From Candidatus Latescibacterota bacterium (GTDB taxonomy: Bacteria; Latescibacterota; UBA2968; UBA8231): a DNA stretch of 64,000 nucleotides. The stretch spans positions 3,616,001-3,680,000 of the forward strand of contig CBDCDC010000002.1 in assembly GCA_965215195.1 (NCBI GenBank), written 5' to 3'. This document shows positions 16,417 to 26,355 of this stretch, in pieces (within the stretch, counting starts at the first letter, position 1; the number at the start of each line of letters is the position of its first letter). A program made the translations under genes and the position numbers. The notes under the pieces are model-generated. The model saw only the letters and a list, made by a program, of their open reading frames with translations, searched no databases and was not told the DNA's origin.

Positions 16417-18330
16417 ATGCTGATCAAGGTCCCCCAAGGACAGGCCATCGAATACCCCGGCGAGGGTACGCTCAAGGAGATCCTCGCCCAAGAGAACAAG
16501 GCACTTTTGAAGCAATACATTGCCGCCCGCGCCGGCGACGAGCGCATCGACTTTCACACCCGGCTCGGCAGCGAGGCGGAAGTCGAGCTCATTCCCTGGG
16601 ATGCGGACGAAGCGGCTTGGATCTACCGCCACAGCATGTCGCACGTGTTGGCGCAGGCCGTGCTGCGCCTCTTCCCGGACGCACAACTGGCGATCGGCCC
16701 GGCCATTGACGATGGCTTCTACTACGACTTCGACGTGGCCGCGCCTTTTACGCCCTCGGACTTGCAGAAGATCGAGCGCGAGATGAAGCGGGTCGTCAAG
16801 CAAAACCACCGGTTCGAGCGCATTGATGTCGAGCGCCAAGAAGCGGAAGAGATGGTCGCCAACGCTCCCTACAAACAGGAGATCCTCGCCGACTTGGAAG
16901 AAGGCCAGCCCTTGTCCTTTTACAAAGACGGCGAGTTCATCGACTTGTGCCGGGGGCCGCACATGCTCGGCACCGGGCAAATCAGGCACTTCAAGCTCCT
17001 GAGCGTAGCCGGGGCCTATTGGCGCGGCGACGAGAGCCGCAAGATGTTGCAGCGCATCTACGGCACAGCCTTTGCCACCCGCGAGGAGCTCAACCACCAT
17101 CTGGCCATGCTGGAGGAGGCCAAAAAGCGCGACCATCGCACGCTGGGCAAGCAACTGGAGTTGTTCACCTTTGACGACGAAGTGGGGCCGGGTTTGCCGC
17201 TGTGGCTCCCCAAGGGGGCGGTGCTCATCGACGAGCTGGAGGACTTAGCCCGCAAGACCGAGCGCGAGGCCGGCTATCGGCGGGTGCGTACGCCGCACAT
17301 CTGCAAGGAATCCATGTACAAGCGCAGCGGTCACTTGCCCTACTATGCCGCGTCCATGTTCCCGCCCATGGAGTTGGAGGGGGTCAAGTACTACCTCAAG
17401 CCCATGAACTGTCCCCACCACCACAAAATTTTTGCCGCTGCCCGGCACTCGTACCGCGACCTACCTCTGCGCTTGGCCGAATATGGCACGTGCTATCGCT
17501 ACGAGCAGTCGGGCGAGTTGTTCGGCTTGATGCGGGTGCGCTCGTTGCAGATGAACGACGCGCACATCTACTGCACCCTCGACCAGTTCGAGGAGGAATT
17601 CCTCGCCGTCTGCCAGATGTACTTGCGCTATTTTGAGCTGTTCGGCTTGGAGAATTACCTGATGCGCTTGAGCACCCACGCGCCCTCGGGGCTGGGCGCA
17701 AAGTACGTGGATGACCGCGAGAAGTGGCTCCGCACTGAGGACATGGTGCGCGGTGCCATGGCGAGGGGAGGAATCAACTACGAAGAGGTGCCCGACGAAG
17801 CCGCCTTCTACGGCCCCAAGATCGACGTCGAGGTCTGGAGCGCCATCGGGCGGCAGTTTACAATCGCCACCAACCAAGTCGATTTCGCCCAGCCCGGCCG
17901 CTTCGGCTTGACGTACACCAACGCGGCCGGCCAAGAGGAGACCCCCATCTGCATCCACCGTGCGCCGCTGGGTACGCACGAGCGCTTCATCGGCTTCTTG
18001 ATCGAACACTACGCCGGGGCTTTCCCGGTGTGGCTAGCACCCGTGCAAGCGGTCGTTTTGCCCATTGCCGAGCGCCACGCCAAGTACGGGAGCCAGCTCC
18101 ACCAGCAGCTTCTCGCCGCCGGGATCCGCGCCGAACTCGACGCGGCCAGCGAGACCCTCAACAAGCGCATCCGCCAAGCGCAGACGCAGAAGGTGCCCTA
18201 TATGCTAATCGCCGGGGACCGCGAAGTTGAAGAGGGCAAGGTGGCGATCCGGCAGCGATCCGGCGAACAGCTCGACCCGCTCTCTGTAGCCGAGGCCGTC
18301 GCCCTGATCGGTGCTGAGATTAGTAGCTAG
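16417..18330 (+). CDS. thrS: Threonine--tRNA ligase
   Basis: RHSMSH, GFYYDF, DLCRGPH, RDHRTLG, KPMNCPHH, AAFYGPKID, IHRAPLGTHERF; start ATG 16417 after AAGGAG. Confidence 0.98.
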   Translation: MLIKVPQGQAIEYPGEGTLKEILAQENKALLKQYIAARAGDERIDFHTRLGSEAEVELIPWDADEAAWIYRHSMSHVLAQAVLRLFPDAQLAIGPAIDDGFYYDFDVAAPFTPSDLQKIEREMKRVVKQNHRFERIDVERQEAEEMVANAPYKQEILADLEEGQPLSFYKDGEFIDLCRGPHMLGTGQIRHFKLLSVAGAYWRGDESRKMLQRIYGTAFATREELNHHLAMLEEAKKRDHRTLGKQLELFTFDDEVGPGLPLWLPKGAVLIDELEDLARKTEREAGYRRVRTPHICKESMYKRSGHLPYYAASMFPPMELEGVKYYLKPMNCPHHHKIFAAARHSYRDLPLRLAEYGTCYRYEQSGELFGLMRVRSLQMNDAHIYCTLDQFEEEFLAVCQMYLRYFELFGLENYLMRLSTHAPSGLGAKYVDDREKWLRTEDMVRGAMARGGINYEEVPDEAAFYGPKIDVEVWSAIGRQFTIATNQVDFAQPGRFGLTYTNAAGQEETPICIHRAPLGTHERFIGFLIEHYAGAFPVWLAPVQAVVLPIAERHAKYGSQLHQQLLAAGIRAELDAASETLNKRIRQAQTQKVPYMLIAGDREVEEGKVAIRQRSGEQLDPLSVAEAVALIGAEISS

Positions 18331-18336
18331 TGCGCT

Positions 18337-19038
18337 ATGTTCCGCCGCACCCGCTACATCGCCGGAATCTTCTGGCAATTCCGCTACTATCTCCTTTGCA
18401 CTGGGCTGGCGCTGGCCTTTTGGGACACCGCCCTGATCAAGCCGTTCCGCATCTTTGTGGTGCTGGTGCACGAGGTCAATCACGCAGCCGCAGCCCTGCT
18501 CACCGGCGGCGAGGTCCTCGAAATCCGCACCCATTGGAACGAGTCCGGGCACACCCTGACCAAGGGGGGCTTCTTCCCGCTGATTAGTGCGGCCGGCTAC
18601 GTAGGGTCGGCGCTGTGGGGGGCGTTGCTGATGTACACCGCGCTTTATCCGCAGGCGCAGCGGTTGGTGTTGCTGTGCATTGGCGCGACCTGCGCGGGGA
18701 TGACCCTGATCTACACGCCGCTAGAGGCGGGGGGGATTGACTTCGCATTGGGGATCGGCGGCGGGCTGATCTTGTGCGTCATGGCCTGCAAGTCGCGGCG
18801 GATGGCGAGCATCGGTGCGGTGTGGATGGGGATAATGCTGTGCCTGTACAGTCTCTACGACTTCCGCACGGACCTGTGGTACTATCCAGAGCGGACGGAC
18901 GCCGGGATATTGTCGGCCTATTGGGGGCTGGATCCGTTGCAGGTGCCCTATCTGGCGTATCTGATTGCCTTCAGTTGGGTGCTGGTGTCGCTGGTGTGCA
19001 TGTATCGGGCGATGCGCGCCGTGGTTGTCAAGCGATGA
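18337..19038 (+). CDS. M50-family (M50B-like) membrane metallopeptidase
   Basis: VLVHEVNHAAAALLTGG HExxH, AGY and TDA motifs; multiple TM segments. Confidence 0.85.
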   Translation: MFRRTRYIAGIFWQFRYYLLCTGLALAFWDTALIKPFRIFVVLVHEVNHAAAALLTGGEVLEIRTHWNESGHTLTKGGFFPLISAAGYVGSALWGALLMYTALYPQAQRLVLLCIGATCAGMTLIYTPLEAGGIDFALGIGGGLILCVMACKSRRMASIGAVWMGIMLCLYSLYDFRTDLWYYPERTDAGILSAYWGLDPLQVPYLAYLIAFSWVLVSLVCMYRAMRAVVVKR

Positions 19039-19129
19039 CAATACCACCCTGCTGGCGGCGGATTTCTTATTGCGAACAGCTTGCAATTGAGTGCAACGGC
19101 CCGATATCGACAGAGAGGAATGTAAAATC

Positions 19130-20899
19130 ATGCGAATGAGTCGGCTTTTCAGTCAGACCTTGCGCGACGTTACCGCCGACGCGGAGGTCGCTAGTCATCA
19201 ACTTTTGCTACGAGCGGGCTTTATCCGCCCGTTGGCCAGCGGCATCTTCAGCTATTTGCCCCTCGCACAGCGGGCGATGCGCAAGATTGAGGACATTATC
19301 CGCCGCGAGATGGACGCCATCGGCGGGCAGGAGATCACCATGCCAGTGGTGCATCCGGCCGAGCTCTGGCAGCGGAGCGGGCGTTGGTACGCGGTCGGCG
19401 CGGAGATGGGTCGCTTTAAGGACAAAAACGACCGCGACATGGTGCTGGCCATGACCCACGAAGAAGTCGTAGCCGACTTGGTCAGCCGCGAGATCAAGTC
19501 CTACAGGCAACTGCCCCAGTTAGTCTATCAGATCCAGACCAAGTGGCGCGACGATCCCCGCCCCCGCTCGGGCCTCATCCGGGTCCGCGAGTTCACCATG
19601 AAGGACTCCTACAGCCTCGACGCCGACTGGGAGGGCCTCGACAGGCAGTACCGCGCCCATTACCAGCGCTATTTCAACATCTTCCATTGCTGCGGCCTCG
19701 ACGTGCTCGCGGTGCGCTCGGACACCGGGATGATGGGCGGCGAACTGGCCCACGAATACATGTACCTGACGCCGATCGGCGAAGACACCCTGCTCTTGTG
19801 CGACGGCTGCGGGTACGCGGCCAATCGCCAGATCGCCACCTTTGCCAAACAGGCCAATCCCGCCGAAGCGCCCGCCGCACCCGAGAAGATCGCCACGCCC
19901 AATACCAAGACCATTGAGGAGCTGACCGCGCTGCTCGACATCCCCGCGCACAAGACCGCTAAGGCGCTCTTTGCGATGGCCACGGTCGGCGACGGTCCAG
20001 ACAAGGAGGATGCGTTTGTGCTGGCGGTCGTGCGCGGCGACATGGAAGTCAACGAGACCAAGCTGGCCAACGCGGTCGGCGCGCTCGAGATGTGGCCGGC
20101 GCGGGACGAGGAAATACGCGCCATCGGCGCGGAGCCAGGCTATGGATCGCCCATTGGCGTCGAGGGAGCGCTGGTCGTCGTCGATGACGCAGTGGCGTCT
20201 TCGCCCAATTTGGTGGCCGGTGCCAACGAGCCGGGCTACCACCTCGCCAATGTAAACCACGGCCGCGACTACAAGGCCGACGTGGTCGCCGATATCGCCG
20301 CCGCCCGGCAGGGCGATGGCTGCTCTAACTGCGGCGCAGTGCTGCGCGAATCGCGCGGGGTGGAAGTGGGCAACATCTTCCAGCTAGGCACCAAGTTCAC
20401 CGAGGCTCTGGGCGGTGATTTCCTCGACGCCGAGGGCCGGGCGCAGCCGGTCGTCATGGGGTCTTACGGGATCGGCGTGGGGCGGTTGCTGGCCTGTATC
20501 GCCGAGGAGCACCGCGACGAAAACGGCTTGATGTGGCCCATTGCCGTTGCGCCCTATCAGGTACACATCGTCCTCCTCGCCAAAGGCGCAGGCGCAGCGC
20601 AAGACGCGGCCGAGCAGCTCTACGCCGATCTGGCGGAGCGCGGTATTGAAGTTCTCCTCGACGACCGCCGAGAAAGCGCCGGGGTCAAGTTCAACGACGC
20701 CGACTTGATTGGCCTACCGGTGCGGGTGACGGTAGGGGATCGCGGTTTGCAGCGGGGAATTGTCGAGGTCAAGTTGCGGCGCGAAAAAGATCGACGAGAA
20801 ACGCCGGTGGATCAGGTGGTAGAGTACGTGGTAGAACAGGTGGAGAAGTTGCAACGCGAGTTGGACGAGCGGGTGGTAGAAGTGGAGTACCAAGAGTAG
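19130..20899 (+). CDS. proS: Proline--tRNA ligase
   Basis: MRMSRLF, SHQLLLRAGFI, THEE, RVREFTMKDSYS, EVGNIFQLG, GSYGIGVGR, with editing insertion domain. Confidence 0.98.
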   Translation: MRMSRLFSQTLRDVTADAEVASHQLLLRAGFIRPLASGIFSYLPLAQRAMRKIEDIIRREMDAIGGQEITMPVVHPAELWQRSGRWYAVGAEMGRFKDKNDRDMVLAMTHEEVVADLVSREIKSYRQLPQLVYQIQTKWRDDPRPRSGLIRVREFTMKDSYSLDADWEGLDRQYRAHYQRYFNIFHCCGLDVLAVRSDTGMMGGELAHEYMYLTPIGEDTLLLCDGCGYAANRQIATFAKQANPAEAPAAPEKIATPNTKTIEELTALLDIPAHKTAKALFAMATVGDGPDKEDAFVLAVVRGDMEVNETKLANAVGALEMWPARDEEIRAIGAEPGYGSPIGVEGALVVVDDAVASSPNLVAGANEPGYHLANVNHGRDYKADVVADIAAARQGDGCSNCGAVLRESRGVEVGNIFQLGTKFTEALGGDFLDAEGRAQPVVMGSYGIGVGRLLACIAEEHRDENGLMWPIAVAPYQVHIVLLAKGAGAAQDAAEQLYADLAERGIEVLLDDRRESAGVKFNDADLIGLPVRVTVGDRGLQRGIVEVKLRREKDRRETPVDQVVEYVVEQVEKLQRELDERVVEVEYQE

Positions 20900-20906
20900 T
20901 AAGGGG

Positions 20907-20978
20907 CTAACTACACGACACCAATAATTTGTCGTTGATGGGCGATCCGAGGTTTAGGCCCTACGGTCGTGTACTTAG
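20907..20978. mobile_element. MITE-like element, copy 3 (72 bp, inverted, minimal form)
   Basis: CTAACTACACGAC...GTCGTGTACTTAG; reverse complement aligns to copy 5 minus a 52-bp internal segment; no target duplication seen. Confidence 0.8.
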
Positions 20979-21767
20979 GTCGGGTGGATACGCCCTCGGT
21001 TGGGAGTTGTTGACCTCAAGCGACATAAACTCTACTCTTTGGCATGGGTAGGGTCCCTTTTTTGTTTCTATCTCTGCCTTTTTCCATCACACATTATCTA
21101 GGGGACGAATAGCCGCCAACGCCGCACCGGAGGTTTTTGCTATGCCTACGCTGGATTTCAAGGGAAAGCAGCATATCTATGCCCATCACCTCACCGTGCC
21201 TTACCGCCCGCTGATACCCGACGCAGGCCGGTCGGTGAACGCAGCGGACGCTGACGGCAACCTCATCATTCACGGCGATAACCTAAAGGCACTGAAAGCA
21301 CTGCTGCCCCGCTACGCCGGCCGCGTCAAGTGCATCTACATCGACCCGCCTTACAACACTGGCAACGAGGGTTGGGTCTATAACGACAAAGTCAACAGCC
21401 CGTTGATGCGCCAATGGCTGAAAGACAACGGCCCGGTTGACAACGAAGATTTGGAGCGACACGACAAATGGCTGTGCATGATGTGGCCGCGGTTGCAGCT
21501 ATTGCGGGAGTTGCTTTCAGACGACGGCGTGATCTTTGTGTCCATTGACGATAACGAACAGCATCACCTGCGGATGCTGATGGATGAGATTTTTGGCGAG
21601 AAGAATTTTATCGCACAAATAATTGCACAGACAAATCCCCGTGGTCGTTCTCTAAGGCAAGATGTCGCGCAAACTCACGAATATATACTGATGTACGCTA
21701 AAGACAGCACATTGTCAGCGATTCATAAAATCGCAAAACCTAAGCGATCTACTGATGAATATAGTAA

Positions 21768-22710
21768 GAGCCTATACGGAAATCATGTCAACCGTTCGAC
21801 GATTTGAAAAATGATAAGCACCGAAGCGACCTGAATGAATGCTTCGTAATGGGTACTCTTTTTCTCCCATCGGACCAACAGACGACGGAATCGATTATGC
21901 CAAGCATGGGTTCGTTCAACCACCCATCGACGAGCCGGATGTTTCTTTTGCGCGGGTATAGAGGCCTTGTCGGCTTGACTTTTCGCCAAGTGTAGGTGAT
22001 AGTCGCGTTCCTCGACTCCTTCAATAACCTCGGCGTAGTCATAGCCTTTGTCCAGACACAGATGGTGCAGCCGATAGACGACTTTCTTGGGTCTTTCCAC
22101 GACGAGGCCATCCAACGTCGCCAGTGCTACCGTTTTGTCATGCGTATTGGCTGCGGTTACTTCCACGGCCAGCGGTGCGCCTCGCTGGTCGGTCAACACC
22201 GACCGTTTAGTGCCCTTTTTACCCCGATCGACCGGCGACGGACCGGTCGCTTCGCCGCCCAACGGCGCTTTGGTGATCACCCCATCGAGGGCTTGCCATT
22301 TCCAAGCAATGCCCACTTGCTTATCATAGTAGTGTAGCAGCGTCTGCCAAGCTCGGAGAAACACGCCTTGTTTCACCCACTGGCGGAACCGACCGTGGAC
22401 GGTCGAGCCGGGTGCATAGGCTGCCCGCGGAATGGCCTGCCATTGGCAGCCGCTGCGCAACACAAAGATCATGGCGTCAAAAAGGACACGGTGGGGTGTG
22501 GGCGGACGTCCGACGGTGCCGGGTTGTTTTTCCGGACCCAGAATCGGGGCGATTAGATTCCACAAGGCATCCGGGGTATGCCAGATCGTGTCCGGCGAAT
22601 CGGTCTTGGTGGCCATGGCTTTCTTCCTCTTGGTTGAGGGTCAAATGGTACGGAAAGCGTAGGTCGCCAAGACCTTTGTATCAACAAAAAATCAATTTTC
22701 GTATAGGCTC
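21768..22710 (-). mobile_element. IS5-family insertion sequence (943 bp)
   Basis: TIRs GAGCCTATACGGAAAT / ATTTTCGTATAGGCTC; TAA target duplication (21765-21767, 22711-22713). Confidence 0.93.
21783..22616 (-). CDS. IS5-family transposase
   Basis: LRSGCQW, STVHGRFRQW, DG...DKGYD...RWVVERTHAW...RRLLVRWE DDE motifs; single intact frame. Confidence 0.95.
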   Translation of the reverse strand: MATKTDSPDTIWHTPDALWNLIAPILGPEKQPGTVGRPPTPHRVLFDAMIFVLRSGCQWQAIPRAAYAPGSTVHGRFRQWVKQGVFLRAWQTLLHYYDKQVGIAWKWQALDGVITKAPLGGEATGPSPVDRGKKGTKRSVLTDQRGAPLAVEVTAANTHDKTVALATLDGLVVERPKKVVYRLHHLCLDKGYDYAEVIEGVEERDYHLHLAKSQADKASIPAQKKHPARRWVVERTHAWHNRFRRLLVRWEKKSTHYEAFIQVASVLIIFQIVERLT

Positions 22711-23788
22711 TAAGATTGATAAAGGCGGTTCTTACCGTCTTTTGCGTTTGAGAAACACGGGGATCCAAGAATTTAATCGGGAGACTCGTCCCAACTTGTT
22801 CTTCCCGATTTATGTCGATCCAGAGAATGGGACTATTTCTCTTTCTTCAAGCACAAGTTTTTCTGTTGAAGTTCTACCGATAAATGGGGACGGAGTAGAG
22901 GGATGCTGGACTTGGAGTAGAGAAAAGATCCAAAAAAATCCTGAATTGGTTGTAGGACAAAGTGTCCGTGGTGGTGAATGGCGTATTTATCGTAAGGACT
23001 ATCTGGAAGGCGAAAGTTTGCTTACGCTACCAAAGTCTATTTGGATAGAAAAAGAAATAAACCACGAAGTCGGTAAGGAAACACTAACAAAGTTATTCTC
23101 TAGTGCTCCTTTCAATCACCCAAAGTCGCCCGCACTCGTGACAAATTTGATTAGACTTGTCGGTCAGAACGGAGACATCATCCTCGACTCCTTCGCCGGC
23201 AGCGGCACCACTGCCCACGCTGTCCTTGCGCTCAATAGAGAGGACGGCGGCAACCGCAAGTTCATTCTCGTTGAGTGCGAAGATTACGCCGACACCACTA
23301 CCGCCGAGCGAGTGCGCCGTGTCATCAACGGCGTTCCCGACGCCAAAGATGACGCCTTGCGCGAAGGACTGGGCGGCTCTTTCACCTACTGCACACTAGG
23401 TCCGCCTATTGAACTGGAGGGAATGCTGACGGGCGATGCTTTGCCGGATTACGCCACACTGGCGGCTTATCTGTTGTACACAGCCTCTGGTATCTCCGCT
23501 GGCGCAGGTGCCTTGTTGCCCCTGAATAATGACGGTCTGTTCCACAGCAACCATATCACCGATTACTATCTGTTGTACGAACCCAACTTGGATTATCTGC
23601 GCGGTGATGCGGCGATACTGAACTTAGAGCGAGCGCGGCGCATCAGCACCGCTAGCCAGCAAAACAGTAGAAAAGCCCTCGTTTTTGGGCCGGGTAAGTA
23701 CATAGGCCAATCGGAACTTACGAGAATAGGCATCACATTTTGCCAGTTGCCCTACGAACTACACCGGGGACTGTAAAAGGGCGATGGA

Positions 23789-26323
23789 ATGGAACTGAAA
23801 GAGTATCAATCTGTCGCTTTAGACACCTTTGTCCGCTGGTGGAATGAACTGGCAGCGGCGCGGGCGCAATCGGAAACTGCCATCGCCGCGTTGCGGGAAG
23901 CTGGCGTTGGTATTCCCGCTGATCTCCACAACTATCCCAAGACAGCTTGGCAGCAACTGGCCCAATCGGGCGGCGTAGCCGACGGCAATGTCCCCTACGT
24001 CGATCGCACAGACGACACCGGACGACCCATCCCACATATCTGTTTCAAAGTCCCGACCGGCGGAGGCAAGACACTGCTTGCCGCTGCCGCACTGCAACGG
24101 CTCAACCGCCAAACCGGCCTAACGCTGTGGGTAATCCCAACCCGCGCCATTTACCAGCAGACCAAAGCCGCCCTCCGCAGCCGAGAGCATCCCTACCGGC
24201 AAATGCTGGAAATCGGCAGCGGCGGACGGGTCAAGTTGCTGGAAAAGGACGACCTGTTCACGGCGGCGGATGTGGCGAACTATCTGTGCGTGATGCTATT
24301 GATGCTGCCGGCTGCTAATCGGCGAAGGGGGCGAGACTTTCTGCGGATGTTCCGCGATTCCGGACGCTATCCCACGCTTTTTCCGGATAGCGACGATGCG
24401 CGGGGCGATGCTAAATTGCTGGCTGACTATCCCGATTTGGAACGCAACGAGGACAACGGACCGGTCAAGCATAGTCTGTTCAACGTGTTCAAGATGCTGC
24501 GTCCGGTAGTGGTACTGGACGAGGCGCACAAGGCTTATGGGGCCAAGAAGCGGGAATCTAACGAAGAGTTCGCACGCTCGGTCAACCGCCTCGACCCCAG
24601 CCTCGTGATTGAATTGTCGGCAACGCCCAACCAAGGCATCAGCAACCTGCTGGTGGACATCACCGGCGTTGAACTAAAAAAAGAGGAGATGATAAAGCTG
24701 CCGGTGCAGATCACGTCGTTCACCAACGCCGATTGGCATTATACTTTGTCGCAGGCGCATGACGCACTAGAGCGACTGGACGCCGAAGCGCAGTCCTTGC
24801 AAATGAGCGAGGACCGCTATATCCGCCCCATCGCAGTGGTTCGGGTGGAGCGCACGGGCAAAGACCAGCGCGATGGCGAGCGCGTCCACGCCGAGGATGT
24901 GCGGGAATATCTGACGCAGAAGCTGGGGGTGCCGGCGAATGCCGTCGCCGTCAAGTCATCGGAAAAAGACGAACTAGCCGGTATCGACCTGTTGTCCGAG
25001 TTTTCGCCGCTGCGCTGGATAATCACCAAGGCGGCACTGATGGAGGGCTGGGATTGCCCCTTCGCATATCTGTTGGTGATGCTGGACAATACCAGCGCAC
25101 AGCGAGCCATCACCCAGTTGGTGGGGCGAGTAATGCGGCAGCCCCACGCACGGCGCACAGGGAGGGAGGCACTGGACCAGTGCTACGTCTATTGCTGGAA
25201 TACAAACGTGGGTCAGGCGGTAAGCCAAGTCAAAAATGGGCTGGAGTGCGAAGGGCTAAGCGGCCTAAGCGACGAGGTGCTAGGGTCGGGGGCGGATTTG
25301 CGGAGGGTTGCGGTGGAGCGGCGCGAGCCGTTTCGGAGCAAGGCCATCTTTTTGCCGCTGGTGTTACACAAAGACAGCGATGGCTGGCGCGAATTGGATT
25401 ACCAGCAGCACATTCTGCCCGGCATTGATTGGGCGGCCATTGACGCCCCCGACCCGCAGAGCAGTCTTCCCGACCACGCCAGAATGCAGTCGGCGTCTGT
25501 TGACCTTGGCGACGCACTGCCCGTGTTTCGCGCCGACCGGGAGTTGTTCATCGACAAGACGCTCAGAATATCTTACTTCGCCCGCCGCCTATCCGACATT
25601 GTGCCAAACACGTGGCAATCGGCCCGCATTGTGCAGCAGCTAGTGGAGAAGCTGCAAGCGAGCGATGACAGCGACGACGAAATCTATGATCGTCGATCCT
25701 ATCTGGCGTTTGCCTTGCGGGAACATGTGGCCAATGTGGTGGAAGAGCAGGCCGAAAGCGTCTTTCGCCATAAGTTGCTGGCCGGCAAAATCCGCTTTGA
25801 CTTAGAGGCCGGGCAGCCCAACTTTCGCCTACGGGACTCCTATGAAATTCCCATCACCGACAACTACGGGCTGCTGGCGGGCAATGACGGGCGGCCGGTG
25901 CAACTCAGCCTGTTTGAACCGGTGTACACTCAGCAGTTCGATTCCGCGCTAGAGCGCAGTTTCGCCCGCTACCTCGACGAGCAGAAAGCACTGAGCTGGT
26001 GGCATAGGGTGGCCGTGCAGCAAAGCAGCGAGTACTACCTACGGGGCTGGAAACAAGAACGCATCTGGCCCGATTTTGTCGCAATGGCCGGAGAAACTAT
26101 AGGTAAGCCGCACGTGCTGGTTTTCGAGACCAAGGGGGAACACCTGCGCGGCAACCCAGATACGGACTACAAACAACGCGTACTGGAAACCCTACAGAAT
26201 GCCTTCAACTGCGGAACGATGACCATCCGCGACGGACCGATGCAAGGAACATTTCGGCTTGTATTCACTGAGATGGAGTTCCCGGCGGCACTAGCCGAGG
26301 TGAACAAAACGCAACACGCCTGA
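23789..26323 (+). CDS. res: Type III R-M Res subunit (DEAD/DEAH helicase + nuclease)
   Basis: KVPTGGGKT, DEAH, EGWDCPFAY, QLVGRVMRQP, WPDFV...FETKG. Confidence 0.9.
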   Translation: MELKEYQSVALDTFVRWWNELAAARAQSETAIAALREAGVGIPADLHNYPKTAWQQLAQSGGVADGNVPYVDRTDDTGRPIPHICFKVPTGGGKTLLAAAALQRLNRQTGLTLWVIPTRAIYQQTKAALRSREHPYRQMLEIGSGGRVKLLEKDDLFTAADVANYLCVMLLMLPAANRRRGRDFLRMFRDSGRYPTLFPDSDDARGDAKLLADYPDLERNEDNGPVKHSLFNVFKMLRPVVVLDEAHKAYGAKKRESNEEFARSVNRLDPSLVIELSATPNQGISNLLVDITGVELKKEEMIKLPVQITSFTNADWHYTLSQAHDALERLDAEAQSLQMSEDRYIRPIAVVRVERTGKDQRDGERVHAEDVREYLTQKLGVPANAVAVKSSEKDELAGIDLLSEFSPLRWIITKAALMEGWDCPFAYLLVMLDNTSAQRAITQLVGRVMRQPHARRTGREALDQCYVYCWNTNVGQAVSQVKNGLECEGLSGLSDEVLGSGADLRRVAVERREPFRSKAIFLPLVLHKDSDGWRELDYQQHILPGIDWAAIDAPDPQSSLPDHARMQSASVDLGDALPVFRADRELFIDKTLRISYFARRLSDIVPNTWQSARIVQQLVEKLQASDDSDDEIYDRRSYLAFALREHVANVVEEQAESVFRHKLLAGKIRFDLEAGQPNFRLRDSYEIPITDNYGLLAGNDGRPVQLSLFEPVYTQQFDSALERSFARYLDEQKALSWWHRVAVQQSSEYYLRGWKQERIWPDFVAMAGETIGKPHVLVFETKGEHLRGNPDTDYKQRVLETLQNAFNCGTMTIRDGPMQGTFRLVFTEMEFPAALAEVNKTQHA

Positions 26324-26355
26324 CAAACAGGGGTAGAAGTGGAGTACTTAGGATA

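Larger units (their letters stand above)
21142..23776 (+). pseudogene. mod: Type III R-M methyltransferase (Mod) interrupted by an IS5-family element
   Basis: 5' part has GDNL and DPPY, 3' part has HPKS and DSFAGSGTT; removing the IS plus one TAA restores a 1689-nt open frame (...DEYSKIDKGGSYR...). Confidence 0.92.

Noticed and set aside
20907-20978. Integron attC sites (CTAAC...GTTAG-like ends)
   Set aside because: Ends do not consistently fit RYYYAAC/GTTRRRY, there is no integrase or cassette array, and related copies have target duplications.
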